Part shown: positions 9,348 through 17,931 of the stretch, piece by piece
Position numbering within the stretch: position 1 is the stretch's first letter
Layout of the letters: every line of letters begins with the position of its first letter
DNA from: a virus
Lineage: Duplodnaviria > Heunggongvirae > Uroviricota > Caudoviricetes
Length of the DNA stretch: 25,013 bases
IMG/VR virus record: IMGVR_UViG_3300045988_007239
Location: 1 to 25,013 of that record
Strand: one strand, 5' to 3'
Program-made: the position numbers and the translations under genes
Notes under the pieces: model-generated
Database searches by the model: none
What the model was told of the DNA's origin: nothing
Seen by the model: only the letters and a program-made list of their open reading frames with translations

Positions 9348-9704
9348 ATGAACGACCAGCAAATCGAAAAAGAAATCGTTGAGAAAGGCAAAACGGCACC
9401 GCGAGTTACGCCTCAATATATCGAAAGCATCATTCTTGAAGAGCATTTCTTTACTGCTTATGACGGCATTCGTGCCGCCAATATGGGCGTTGGCGATTCA
9501 TGGACAGCGCATAAATCTACAGACCTCCTGACTTTCTGCGTACTGGTGCTGAAGAATGGCTTCACCGTCACCGGAGAGAGTACCTGTGCAAGTCCGGAAA
9601 ATTTTGATGCAGAAATTGGTCGGAAGATTGCCCGGCAGAATGCTGTAAACAAAATCTGGATGCTTGAAGGTTACTTGCTGAAGCAGAAGTTAAGCGAGCA
9701 ATAA
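9348..9704 (+). CDS. conserved phage protein of unknown function (possibly N4 gp49 / Sf6 gp66-like family)
   Basis: 118-aa ORF with AAGGTGAG RBS, on the opposite strand to flanking terminase and portal genes; family assignment from memory only. Confidence 0.7.
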   Translation: MNDQQIEKEIVEKGKTAPRVTPQYIESIILEEHFFTAYDGIRAANMGVGDSWTAHKSTDLLTFCVLVLKNGFTVTGESTCASPENFDAEIGRKIARQNAVNKIWMLEGYLLKQKLSEQ

Positions 9705-9720
9705 CACCGTGACATGTCAC

Positions 9721-9751
9721 AAACAGCCAGCTCATAGGCTGGCTTTGTTTT
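9721..9751. terminator. bidirectional terminator between insert ORF and terL
   Basis: AGCCAGC-tcatag-GCTGGCT stem, A-rich before and T-rich after; located where + and - strand genes converge. Confidence 0.5.
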
Positions 9752-9794
9752 ATCCTCACCAGAGGATATCAGCAGCATTATCCCCTCCAGCGGA

Positions 9795-11270
9795 TTAAGC
9801 ATAGGGATCGTAATCTGTGATGGCCTTGCCTTGCTGGTTCTGCTGCCCGGGAATTCGCAGACGCTTCGACACAGGGAACGCAAACGTCAGCAGTAGCGCA
9901 TCGCCTTTACCAGGAGAACGCCCAAGCCGCTCCTTGATATCTTCCTTCGGTTCGATAACGATTTTACCGTCCACGCGAACTTTGTACTCTGCCGCCGACA
10001 GGTCGTCCGCTGTTTCCTGGTCATCCAGCATGCCGCCCAGCCTCAGCCATGTCTTGCATGAGTTGAACATCTCCCCACGCTTGTTGAGCATCTGCGGGTC
10101 AGTAGACGCGCCACCGAACGGAACAAGTTGCCATGTGCGCCCCCAACCGTCACCGATTGACTTCAGCCCGGTACCGTAACCGAAGTCGATGAACACCGCG
10201 TCAGCCTGATACTGGTCTTCAAAGTCAGCGATACGCTTTGCCATAATCAGATCGTCAGTGGTCTTGTTGCCGGTCCACAGCACCTTACTGTGCAGCCCCT
10301 GCCGCAGGTATATCACCGCGTCATCAACACCGGAGTATGCAGGGTCAACGCCGATTATCACCGGAGCATGTGCCACCTGCGCAGCAGTTACCACCCGTTT
10401 CATTGCCTCGTCAGTAAGACCGGTAGGGATAAACTGCAATTCAGATGCATCAGGGAATATGCCGCGCACACGGATTTTAACGAAGTCGCTGTCTTCCCCG
10501 TAGTCATCAACCCATTTCTGCAACTGCTGTTTGTTGGTACCTTCCACCGTCCGACTGTCAATCTGCGCAGTTTTCCAGCGGTGTTTATACTTGCGGAAAC
10601 ATTCACGGAAACGTCCGGTATTACGCGTCGGGTTTCCGAACGCCACCCAGATAATCTCAGTGTCTTCGTCCGTTAGCGCACCTTCGGCAACTTCCCACAC
10701 CAGATCCGCAATGTTCGACGCTTCATCAAACACCACGATGATGCGTTTGCGCTCGTTGTGTAGTCCGGCGAATGCCTCAGTGTTGTGCTCAGACCAGGGG
10801 ATTGCGTCAGCTCGCCACCGCTTGTCGTGTCCAGGATCATTGCTGTACATCGCGGTAGCGGTACAGGTAAACCAGTCTTTCGTGATGGCAAGGTTCGACC
10901 ACTTGATAATTTCCGGCCAGGTCTTCGTTCGTAGCTGGTTGTCGGTGTTGGCGGTCACCACGACCTTACAATCCTCGCAAGTGGACATGCCCCAGTTGAT
11001 CAGCATTGAGATGAATGCGGATTTACCAATACCGTGACCAGAAGCGCGTGCCAGCATAAGCGGCTGATAGCGCGTCTCTGGATTCTGCAGGTGATCACGT
11101 ATCTCTCGGAACGCATCAGCCTGCCACTGACGTGGGCCAGTAGCATGTGCCAGTTCAGTCCCCTCTTCCCCCCACGGGAACGCATAGAGGGCATAACCAA
11201 GCGGATCGTGAGTAAACCCTGCAATATCCTCGATCAACTGCTCTTCAGGAGATAACACTGTATCTGTCAC
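9795..11270 (-). CDS. terL: terminase large subunit
   Basis: 491 aa; Walker A (ASGHGIGKS), Walker B-like IIVVFDEAS, C-terminal nuclease-like region; start overlaps small-subunit stop. Confidence 0.9.
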   Translation of the reverse strand: MTDTVLSPEEQLIEDIAGFTHDPLGYALYAFPWGEEGTELAHATGPRQWQADAFREIRDHLQNPETRYQPLMLARASGHGIGKSAFISMLINWGMSTCEDCKVVVTANTDNQLRTKTWPEIIKWSNLAITKDWFTCTATAMYSNDPGHDKRWRADAIPWSEHNTEAFAGLHNERKRIIVVFDEASNIADLVWEVAEGALTDEDTEIIWVAFGNPTRNTGRFRECFRKYKHRWKTAQIDSRTVEGTNKQQLQKWVDDYGEDSDFVKIRVRGIFPDASELQFIPTGLTDEAMKRVVTAAQVAHAPVIIGVDPAYSGVDDAVIYLRQGLHSKVLWTGNKTTDDLIMAKRIADFEDQYQADAVFIDFGYGTGLKSIGDGWGRTWQLVPFGGASTDPQMLNKRGEMFNSCKTWLRLGGMLDDQETADDLSAAEYKVRVDGKIVIEPKEDIKERLGRSPGKGDALLLTFAFPVSKRLRIPGQQNQQGKAITDYDPYA

Positions 11271-11863
11271 TGATTACCATCCTGACGTTCTTTGAGTCGC
11301 TTCCTGGCTGCTGCTATGCGATCAGCAATTGTCACATTCACATTAACATCCAGGCGTTCTTTGAATGCGTTGACGTCGACGTGCTTACCAATCAGTTCGA
11401 GGTTCTTCACCTTGTCAGGCCATTTAATTTTTTTGAGGATTGTCTCTATCGAATCCTCGTTCATGTTCATGATGGTCGATGACAGATCAAAGCCGCTAAG
11501 CGTAGTGCGCCAGATTTTCGGCCACTCGCGGATTGGTTTAAGGCTCCCATCGTCGTTGAGGATGTCGATCACGTCCATCTGGTCGATCTCCACCAGGCGC
11601 ATGAGAACGTAATCAGCACTGACGCGCATTCGTTTGTTGCGCTCCTCCATCAACTCGGCAATCCGTTTCTGAATGCGTTCATCGCGCATCATGACACTGG
11701 CTTTAACTGCCGCTGTATTTGGGGAGAATCCTGCGTTAATCGCTGCCTGAGTCTGGTTTTCAGGCGTTTTGATGTATGACTGGCAATAAGCCTCCTGCAT
11801 TGCAGTTAGTGGCTTAAATTGCGTTGATTTGCGTTTATAGGTTTTAGGTTCAGCAGGCATCAT
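11267..11863 (-). CDS. terS: terminase small subunit
   Basis: Directly upstream of and overlapping terL. Start set at the internal ATG-ATG (11863) with GGTGG RBS, because the 26 codons above it in the track ORF contain an operator palindrome. Confidence 0.75.
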   Translation of the reverse strand: MMPAEPKTYKRKSTQFKPLTAMQEAYCQSYIKTPENQTQAAINAGFSPNTAAVKASVMMRDERIQKRIAELMEERNKRMRVSADYVLMRLVEIDQMDVIDILNDDGSLKPIREWPKIWRTTLSGFDLSSTIMNMNEDSIETILKKIKWPDKVKNLELIGKHVDVNAFKERLDVNVNVTIADRIAAARKRLKERQDGNQ

Positions 11864-11880
11864 AACCACCGTGGTAATAG

Positions 11881-11895
11881 TTACCGTTGTGGTAA
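11881..11895. promoter_or_regulatory. operator-type palindrome upstream of terS
   Basis: Perfect TTACC-gttgt-GGTAA, flanked by GGTAAtag repeats, 18 nt upstream of the proposed terS start. Confidence 0.5.
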
Positions 11896-11981
11896 TAGTA
11901 CCATGCAAAATAAAGCCGCCATAGTTGGCGGCAGTATTCAAAACCCATCAAATTCATCATGCATAATCTACTCGTGACATT

Positions 11982-12320
11982 TCACACTATTAATTTCGTT
12001 TCATGCCAGCCTTTAGTCACCCAGCATTGCGAGTCACCATTACAAGGGCATGAATTAACTGGAACTCTCTCGCCGCACTTACCGCAACGTTTTCTGCTGA
12101 TCGATTTTATACGCCCGCGCACGCGTGCATCATCCTGGCGGATCAGTAACGCTATATACTCACCAAATTCGTAAGGCGCACGCCCGGGGCGACGCGTGGC
12201 ACAGTTACGCTCCAGCATTTCAATTTCCTGAGCATCAAGCACAATTTCCAGCTTACGCACACCAGATGCAGCTTGTCTTGCTCTCTGAGCGGCTTTGCGC
12301 TCTGCTGCTGATTTAGCCAT
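11982..12320 (-). CDS. hypothetical protein with basic N-terminus and C-terminal Cys-rich zinc-ribbon-like motif
   Basis: 112-aa ORF; C-x2-C ... C-x-C-x5-C cluster near C-terminus; lies just upstream of terS. Confidence 0.6.
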   Translation of the reverse strand: MAKSAAERKAAQRARQAASGVRKLEIVLDAQEIEMLERNCATRRPGRAPYEFGEYIALLIRQDDARVRGRIKSISRKRCGKCGERVPVNSCPCNGDSQCWVTKGWHETKLIV

Positions 12321-12666
12321 TCTGATTTTCCTGCATCATGAGAAATACAATCATGGCGGCTCGGAGTGGATTATTCGCATGAAAGCAAATGTTCTCGGTA
12401 TTAAAAACAGCTGACCACTCACCGCGAGATTGGTGGCAGGTTAGACTGATTTTATTATCAACAATAATAGGCCATGCATCCGATGGATTATTGCAGTAGT
12501 CAGGTAAAGGGTTTAATGGCTCAAAAATTGTATCAGTATTTCCGTAATACCATTTGTTGGTGTTATTCCCTGATGTTTCCGGTTTACACGCCCAAAGGCC
12601 TTTAAAAATTATGTCTCCTACCATTCTGTTAATTTCAAAATCACTTAACTGTGAATAGTCCATCAT
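12313..12666 (-). CDS. hypothetical phage protein
   Basis: Start placed at ATG-ATG (12666/12663) with GGAGG RBS and ATGA overlap with upstream gene stop; the track's longer N-terminus (to 12738) lacks an RBS. Confidence 0.6.
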   Translation of the reverse strand: MMDYSQLSDFEINRMVGDIIFKGLWACKPETSGNNTNKWYYGNTDTIFEPLNPLPDYCNNPSDAWPIIVDNKISLTCHQSRGEWSAVFNTENICFHANNPLRAAMIVFLMMQENQNG

Positions 12667-13388
12667 TTCGCCTCCTGCGGCGGTTCTGGTAGCGGCATCC
12701 AGTGTGACGGTTTCCACGACGCACCAGGAATTATCCACCCATCATTAGCGTCAGGATGACCCGGGATGTAAGTCGCCCATTTCATTCGCCAGTCACCTTT
12801 CCTGTCAAACTCCACGGCAACAAGAACGGCTGTTTTGGTATCCGGCATTCGCTCACTACAGCTTATCCAACCATCCGGAGTTACCGGAGAGTTGCCAGCC
12901 AGTCTACGCAAAACAGCCTTAACAGCCTCAATACGGTCATCATCGCAATTTTCCAGCGTATCTATGCGGTCGAGCATGATGATGGCGTTATCAATATCAG
13001 GATTGCCGGTCCACTCATTACCGCGATTGGATTCGGCAGCCTGGTTGCGCATAATCTCAGGCGTAAGCTCTTTGTAAGCATAAGCAAGAGGCTCTGATGC
13101 ATTATCCGGCACAACCGACGCAGGCGCGGCAGCATAAACAGGAATAACGTCCGGTTGCTCTTTATTGCTTTCATCCGTTAAAGCCCAGAATAATTTCCCG
13201 GCCGGATGTTTGAAAATATAAGCAACTGGATCTGCTTCCAGCGATGCCAGTGCAATTTCCAGAACAGTAATATCCATCTTATATGTGCGGATGATGTCAT
13301 GGTCGATTGTGCCCGGTATGCACAGTCTCTGTGCTTCAATAGTCTCCTCTGCGTGAGCTATTAACTGCTCTCTGGTAAAAGTCGTCAT
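12663..13388 (-). CDS. DUF551-domain phage protein (Ea22-like middle motif)
   Basis: 241 aa; C-terminal W-x-S-x-SE-x-P ... HWMPLPEPP pattern typical of DUF551; shares YAA-x-PASVVP motif with the ORF at 14506-14841; ATGA-coupled to the HNH gene. Confidence 0.7.
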   Translation of the reverse strand: MTTFTREQLIAHAEETIEAQRLCIPGTIDHDIIRTYKMDITVLEIALASLEADPVAYIFKHPAGKLFWALTDESNKEQPDVIPVYAAAPASVVPDNASEPLAYAYKELTPEIMRNQAAESNRGNEWTGNPDIDNAIIMLDRIDTLENCDDDRIEAVKAVLRRLAGNSPVTPDGWISCSERMPDTKTAVLVAVEFDRKGDWRMKWATYIPGHPDANDGWIIPGASWKPSHWMPLPEPPQEAK

Positions 13389-13750
13389 GCCGTAGCCCCT
13401 TCTTGATATTTTTCAAACCAGAACACAACCGGGTCAGATTTCATTTCAACCAATCCCATACGAACCAGCGCTTTGCCTTTCCCGGACGCAAGGAATTCAC
13501 GACGACCATCACTGATAATTCGCCGATAATCTTCCAGGCTGCTGCAATGCTTGTGCAGATTGCATGGGTGGCATGCCGGAACCATGTTGGATATATCGTC
13601 ACGTTCCTGGTGAAGCATATTTCCAGAAAAACGAATGACCGGTTTTACATGGTCTGCATGCCACTTTTCGCCAAGTTCACAGCCACAATAAGCACAGCGA
13701 CCACCGAACTTCATGCGCAGTTCTGCGCGTTGTTTTTTCGTCAGTGCCAT
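13385..13750 (-). CDS. HNH endonuclease
   Basis: CAYCG ... HADHVKPV ... [13 protein letters not shown] motifs; start set at internal ATG (13750) with AGGAAAG RBS; lies upstream of the terminase genes. Confidence 0.8.
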   Translation of the reverse strand: MALTKKQRAELRMKFGGRCAYCGCELGEKWHADHVKPVIRFSGNMLHQERDDISNMVPACHPCNLHKHCSSLEDYRRIISDGRREFLASGKGKALVRMGLVEMKSDPVVFWFEKYQEGATA

Positions 13751-13751
13751 A

Positions 13752-14163
13752 TCAGCTTTCCTTATACGGATTAATTTTATTGTGCAGTGTGTTGAACGAC
13801 GCCCATACCACGTCGTTATACAATTCAATAACTGGCTCAATTATTTTCCCGATTGCCCAGACAAAAATTAGCGGGGATATCGGTGTCATCAACACGATAA
13901 ACAGAATGAGAAACAAAAATTCTGTCGCTCTACTTTTTCGCGGATATTCTTTTCTGAATAATGTAGGCACATCACTCTCCTTTAGTGCGCAAGTGGTTTT
14001 TCCAGCGGTTTTGTGCTGCGCTTCTGTTTCGCCAGACACCGTAAAAACGAATAGAGGAACACCCCCTAAAACCCAGATATCTATAGTAAATAACAAGCCG
14101 ATTTGAGATACGGATACGCTGCCTGGGCTTTGCTATCAGCATCTTTGCCTTACGGTTTTTCAT
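13752..14163 (-). CDS. small basic membrane protein, paralog C (apparent frame change between two frames)
   Basis: ATG at 14163 encodes MKNRKAK like paralog B; the VLGGVPLFVFTV segment that matches paralog B lies in the other frame (track ORF 13752-14096, TTG start), which also carries a second hydrophobic segment. Confidence 0.35.
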
Positions 14164-14339
14164 CGCACTGCGTACCCCTTCTCTCGTCTGTTCCGCGACG
14201 CGGTGGGTTTATAGTTAAATGCGAATACCACCCTACCAAACATGCCGATCACCGCACGTTTGTGATTGCTGATTGGTAGCTTCTCGTATCCCGTCGAACG
14301 CGATAAAAGAAGTAATTTTGCTTTACGGTTTTTCATCAT
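14160..14339 (-). CDS. small basic protein with hydrophobic core, paralog B (59 aa)
   Basis: Hand-translated: MMKNRKAKLLLL...VIGMFGRVVFAF...; AGGAGA RBS; ATGA overlaps with paralogs A and C; just under the 60-aa track cutoff. Confidence 0.45.
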   Translation of the reverse strand: MMKNRKAKLLLLSRSTGYEKLPISNHKRAVIGMFGRVVFAFNYKPTASRNRREKGYAVR

Positions 14340-14506
14340 TTTGCTCTCCTGCGTTTCTTTGCTTCGCGTCGTGCAGCAGCAATACCGGTATGGCGCTTTG
14401 GTGCCGGGATGATGCTGTCAGCCATCAGGGCATGTGGCTTTGCAATTAGCGCAGAAGCCCAAAAACGAGTCGGGTATGGTAATAAACCGATAAACGCTAC
14501 ACGCAT
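14336..14506 (-). CDS. small basic protein, paralog A (56 aa)
   Basis: Hand-translated: MRVAFIGLLPYPTRFWASALIA...AKKRRRAK; strong AAAGGAGGTG RBS; TAATG overlap with upstream ORF; below track cutoff. Confidence 0.45.
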   Translation of the reverse strand: MRVAFIGLLPYPTRFWASALIAKPHALMADSIIPAPKRHTGIAAARREAKKRRRAK

Positions 14507-15004
14507 TACGCACCTCCTTTGGCGTCAATATTTACAGCCTGGCAAGCCTCGTTGAGTACCCAGTCAACCGCGTCTTTCCATGCTCCGGTTTCGACTGGCG
14601 GATTCTCACACTTTACCTGTTCATAGAAACGCATTGCTTTAACTAGTCCTTCCGGCACTACCGACGCTGGCGGGGCAGCATAAAGCTCATGTATTCCATC
14701 AGGTAGCGAGTGACCTACATACTCACTGAACCCATCAACACACATGCATCCATCTTCAACAATGCATGACGCTACTGGCAAAGCCACCTCCCGTGCCTCC
14801 AGTTCTTCTGCCCACTCCCGAAGCCCCTTCAATCTCACCATTACGAGCTATCAGATCGCGACACAGTCTTTCGTTTCCATCCAGCAACGCCAGCACAACC
14901 TCCGGCGTAGCCGCAGCATGAAAAGCCTGTAGGTTCTGCCACGTCGTATCCCCCTTCGCGGCCTCTGCCACCTCGCGCAGTGCCTGATAGTTAATTTCGC
15001 TCAC
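14506..15004 (-). pseudogene. Ea22/Ead-like gene split across two frames
   Basis: 82-aa ORF (MSEINYQALRE...VVLALLD, Ea22-like N-terminus) ends in an out-of-frame-looking tail; the overlapping 111-aa ORF continues with coiled-coil and the YAAPPASVVP motif. Confidence 0.4.
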
Positions 15005-15308
15005 TGGCTGCCTCCTTTGCTGGGCTTTCTAACTTCTGAGTGGTTGTATCAAACTCAAACAACTTAACCACGTCATCAAACAGGACATAATCGCCATCAG
15101 AATCTTCAGTCATGTCAGCGCCACAATCCTGACCGAACGAGTCACAACCATCCATATCAAGTTCGTATCGCTTGAGTTTTGCGATATTTGATAAATTCAG
15201 CGCCAGTACAGCAAGGTCATAAACCTCATCAGCGGTATACCCGGCACCATGCCCATACATTTCAATACGGGATATGATTTCTTCTACACGTTGTTTTGTG
15301 ATCGTCAT
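14991..15308 (-). CDS. hypothetical acidic protein
   Basis: 105-aa ORF, closely packed in the nin-like region. Confidence 0.6.
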   Translation of the reverse strand: MTITKQRVEEIISRIEMYGHGAGYTADEVYDLAVLALNLSNIAKLKRYELDMDGCDSFGQDCGADMTEDSDGDYVLFDDVVKLFEFDTTTQKLESPAKEAASERN

Positions 15309-15310
15309 TT

Positions 15311-15829
15311 TTACTCACCTTCCTGTTCTTCCAGAAAAATACGCATAGCCTCAAGCATCTCTTCGGTGTCATACGGTGACAACTTGTCACGCAGGATGTG
15401 TTCAATGCTGTTAATGAACTTGCGGATTGCTTTGCGTTCAATTTCAGCAAGGAATGCGTCGGTGGCCGGGGTTTTGATTTCGTTAAGTGCATCACTGAAT
15501 CCACCTCTCTCCATACCTAGCTCTGCTTCGTAATCGGCATCGAATGCAGCGTCTTTGCAGAACTTCTTCAGCTTTGCATTCTCCGCTGCCAGCGCCGAAA
15601 ACTTCTCGTGTGCCAACTTAACAGCCGAATCAGCCTGCTTAATTGACTCAATCGCTTTCTGCTGGTCTTCGGCCAGCGCATTAGCACGCGCCAGTTGCAC
15701 TTCCAGTTGCGTTGCCAAATCGCTGATCAGCTTTGCCACACTACGCATATCAACGGCACCACATTCTGCTTTCAGTTCCGAAGCCATCTCATGCCCGGCG
15801 GCAACTAACCCTTTGATATTACTTTCCAT
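15311..15829 (-). CDS. hypothetical coiled-coil protein
   Basis: 172 aa, Ala/Glu/Lys-rich heptad-like sequence; GAGGG RBS. Confidence 0.65.
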   Translation of the reverse strand: MESNIKGLVAAGHEMASELKAECGAVDMRSVAKLISDLATQLEVQLARANALAEDQQKAIESIKQADSAVKLAHEKFSALAAENAKLKKFCKDAAFDADYEAELGMERGGFSDALNEIKTPATDAFLAEIERKAIRKFINSIEHILRDKLSPYDTEEMLEAMRIFLEEQEGE

Positions 15830-15890
15830 CTTTACCCTCGCTTATCCACATAACTTATTGATTACATTGATAACTAAAAAGATCGTCGAT

Positions 15891-16235
15891 TCAGAACTCT
15901 TCGATGTTCCAGCCACCACCTGCTTTCTTTGGCTTAACCGTTACCCCGATGATTCGGAACGGATACTGATCTGCGGCGACTTTGGTTTTCACCCTGGCGT
16001 CGTCGGTCCAGAAACCTTTCACTTCGTGCAGTTCCATCTCGCCGGTGGCGAGCATCACAGCAAAATCGGGCGTATAGAACGTGTTGTCAGCTAACCGCAG
16101 CTTGATACCCTCGAATCGATACCAGGCGATTTCCCCTGCACGTTTACGCAGCTCAAGGTGCTGGCAATACGCAGATTCTGTTTTGTTCATCTGGCCTGTT
16201 TTGAGTCGACCAAGAGCCTGTATCTGTTTTCTCAT
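15891..16235 (-). CDS. DUF1064-like protein (putative nuclease/resolvase-like)
   Basis: 114 aa; Y-x-x-DF ... E-x-KG ... D ... K pattern resembles DUF1064; an operator palindrome overlaps its RBS and start. Confidence 0.6.
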   Translation of the reverse strand: MRKQIQALGRLKTGQMNKTESAYCQHLELRKRAGEIAWYRFEGIKLRLADNTFYTPDFAVMLATGEMELHEVKGFWTDDARVKTKVAADQYPFRIIGVTVKPKKAGGGWNIEEF

Positions 16236-16238
16236 GAT

Positions 16239-16313
16239 TTACCTCTAAGGTAATTAAAAACCACATAAGACACGAAATCAATAGAGTTTAGAATATTTTA
16301 TTACCTGATAGGT
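16239..16313. promoter_or_regulatory. two operator palindromes flanking a candidate promoter for the nin-like genes
   Basis: Perfect TTACC-tctaa-GGTAA (16239-16253) and TTACC-tgata-GGTAA (16299-16313); a TTGATT -35-like element lies between them on the - strand. Confidence 0.5.
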
Positions 16314-16352
16314 AATTGTTGAGGCGTAAAAAAATGCGCTATCGCGCTGGTA

Positions 16353-17129
16353 TTACTTGATAAATCCTGCCGCCTTTCCCCGCCTGTATTCCTCCATCAG
16401 CCACTGCGCCGGTGTTATTCCCCCAAGGGTGGCGGCGTTAGGCATACACCCGAAACTTCGCCCTGGTGGATGGTAAACGTCTCTCCCTGTGTCCGGAGGC
16501 GTACTCATGGGCTCTGGCTTTGCCTGTATGCTGATCACCGGATCCGGTATCTGCTGTCCGGAAGCCACCTTTTTCGCCCAATCATCGAGCAGCCTGCGCG
16601 CGTGTTTCTCAACCTCAATCTCGCTAAGCTGGCGCTGATACATTGCACGGCGGGTATCACATACGACCCAGTACATAACCGGATGTCGCCACGGGAATCT
16701 TTCGGGACCACCAGGATATAAACTTTTTTCCTTGCTGTACCGGTGAAACTCCGCCATCACATCGTCAATGGTGACGCCAAGAACCATCTTGCTGTCTTTA
16801 CACCACTTGATAAATTGCCCTGGCGACGGCCAGAACGGAGATTCACTGGCGCGGGCGTGGCGCATACCAGCGTTAACCTGTTCCATTGTAGTGATCCCAT
16901 TCTCCAGAAACGCAAGCATCCATTGCTTACGGAATTCATTAAGTTTGTTCTGCTCCCTTATGGTCGAAACGCTTGCAGGAAATGCAGCCTGTAACTGGAC
17001 AAATAGTTCATTGAAAATTCTAGCGACCTGCTCCTTTTTGCCATTGCTGTCACGCCGCTCTTCATGCACAGCAACACCATGCTCACGTAAGCGATCGTAC
17101 TCATTGAGAAGTTCTGGAGTTGATTTCAT
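16353..17129 (-). CDS. replication protein, lambda P-like helicase loader
   Basis: 258 aa; FPAS ... [14 protein letters not shown] ... PSPGQF matches lambda P family signature as I remember it. Confidence 0.8.
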   Translation of the reverse strand: MKSTPELLNEYDRLREHGVAVHEERRDSNGKKEQVARIFNELFVQLQAAFPASVSTIREQNKLNEFRKQWMLAFLENGITTMEQVNAGMRHARASESPFWPSPGQFIKWCKDSKMVLGVTIDDVMAEFHRYSKEKSLYPGGPERFPWRHPVMYWVVCDTRRAMYQRQLSEIEVEKHARRLLDDWAKKVASGQQIPDPVISIQAKPEPMSTPPDTGRDVYHPPGRSFGCMPNAATLGGITPAQWLMEEYRRGKAAGFIK

Positions 17130-17931
17130 CCCACACCCCTTCTATCCAGTCAGTGTTATTCCAGTCAAGCTCATCGCTTTTCCCGGCGTTTTTTGATTTT
17201 CCCCTGATATGATTTACGTGCCTGGCGAATTTTTGTTCCCACTGAACCTGCGTGAACACTTTGCCCTCAGCCATCCAGTAATCCCGGAATGCAGCAAGTT
17301 CAGCAGGTGTAAATTCCGGTTCCGGCAGGGCCGTTCCCCACAGCGCAGCACGCCGTCGAAAATCCGGCGATGGATGCCAGCCATCGGTCATCGGAAATTT
17401 CCCAATAGGTTCACTCAGGCCATCCAGAAATGCAGGTTCTGCCACCTGCAACGGCGTACCGTTCGCTTCACTGGTCGGATCACTCTCGCGCGCGTGTGCT
17501 ATGTGTGGGGTTTTATATATATCTTCCTCTTCCTCTTCCTCTGGTAACTCCTTTTGTAACGCTGTTGGCGTTACTTTTTGCGTTACTCGTTTTCGATGCT
17601 CTGCCACTCTTCTATTCGTAAGTGCACGTTTTTTCGATGATTCTCCATTATGTCGCTCAAAGTTTGGAAGAATTAGTTTGCCGTCATGATAAGCAAGCCA
17701 TCCGACGCTAATGAGGGCGTCAGCAAATCCTGTAATAAAAGCGAGTCTATCAAGTACTCCTTTTGTAACGCTGCCAGCGTTACCGTCTATTGTTTGCTGG
17801 TCAGCCCATGCCCATATACGAACCAGCTTTCCAAGAACAGCATCTGGATCAATACCCAGAATTTCTGCTATCTGAAAAATTTCAGGTTTATCAGGAGTGA
17901 TAACTTCAACCTTAATCCAGCTGCTTGCCAT
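17101..17931 (-). CDS. replication initiator (replisome organiser N-domain, DnaT-like C-domain)
   Basis: Start set at ATG 17931 ([10 protein letters not shown]..., GAGGGG RBS); poly-Glu linker; C-terminal DnaT-like region; contains nucleotide-level iteron-like repeats. Confidence 0.75.
   Translation of the reverse strand: MASSWIKVEVITPDKPEIFQIAEILGIDPDAVLGKLVRIWAWADQQTIDGNAGSVTKGVLDRLAFITGFADALISVGWLAYHDGKLILPNFERHNGESSKKRALTNRRVAEHRKRVTQKVTPTALQKELPEEEEEEDIYKTPHIAHARESDPTSEANGTPLQVAEPAFLDGLSEPIGKFPMTDGWHPSPDFRRRAALWGTALPEPEFTPAELAAFRDYWMAEGKVFTQVQWEQKFARHVNHIRGKSKNAGKSDELDWNNTDWIEGVWDEINSRTSQ
17543..17792. repeat. candidate replication origin: iteron-like repeats inside the initiator gene
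   Basis: 18-bp direct repeat actccttttgtaacgctg at 17547-17564 and 17765-17782; each carries GTAACGC-N5-GCGTTAC (17556-17574, 17774-17792), plus an extra GCGTTAC at 17580-17586. Confidence 0.45.

Noticed and set aside
11871-11902. GTGGTAATAGT tandem repeats as a CRISPR-like or pac repeat array
   Set aside because: Only two copies 18 bp apart with no spacer-repeat periodicity; best explained as overlapping copies of the operator half-site.
11864-11941. N-terminal 26-codon extension of terS in the track ORF (MNTAANYGGFILHGTITTTVTITTVV)
   Set aside because: The repetitive TITTTVTITTVV sequence is the translation of the operator palindrome and GGTAAtag repeats; an internal ATG-ATG with an RBS follows, so this stretch is more likely promoter DNA.
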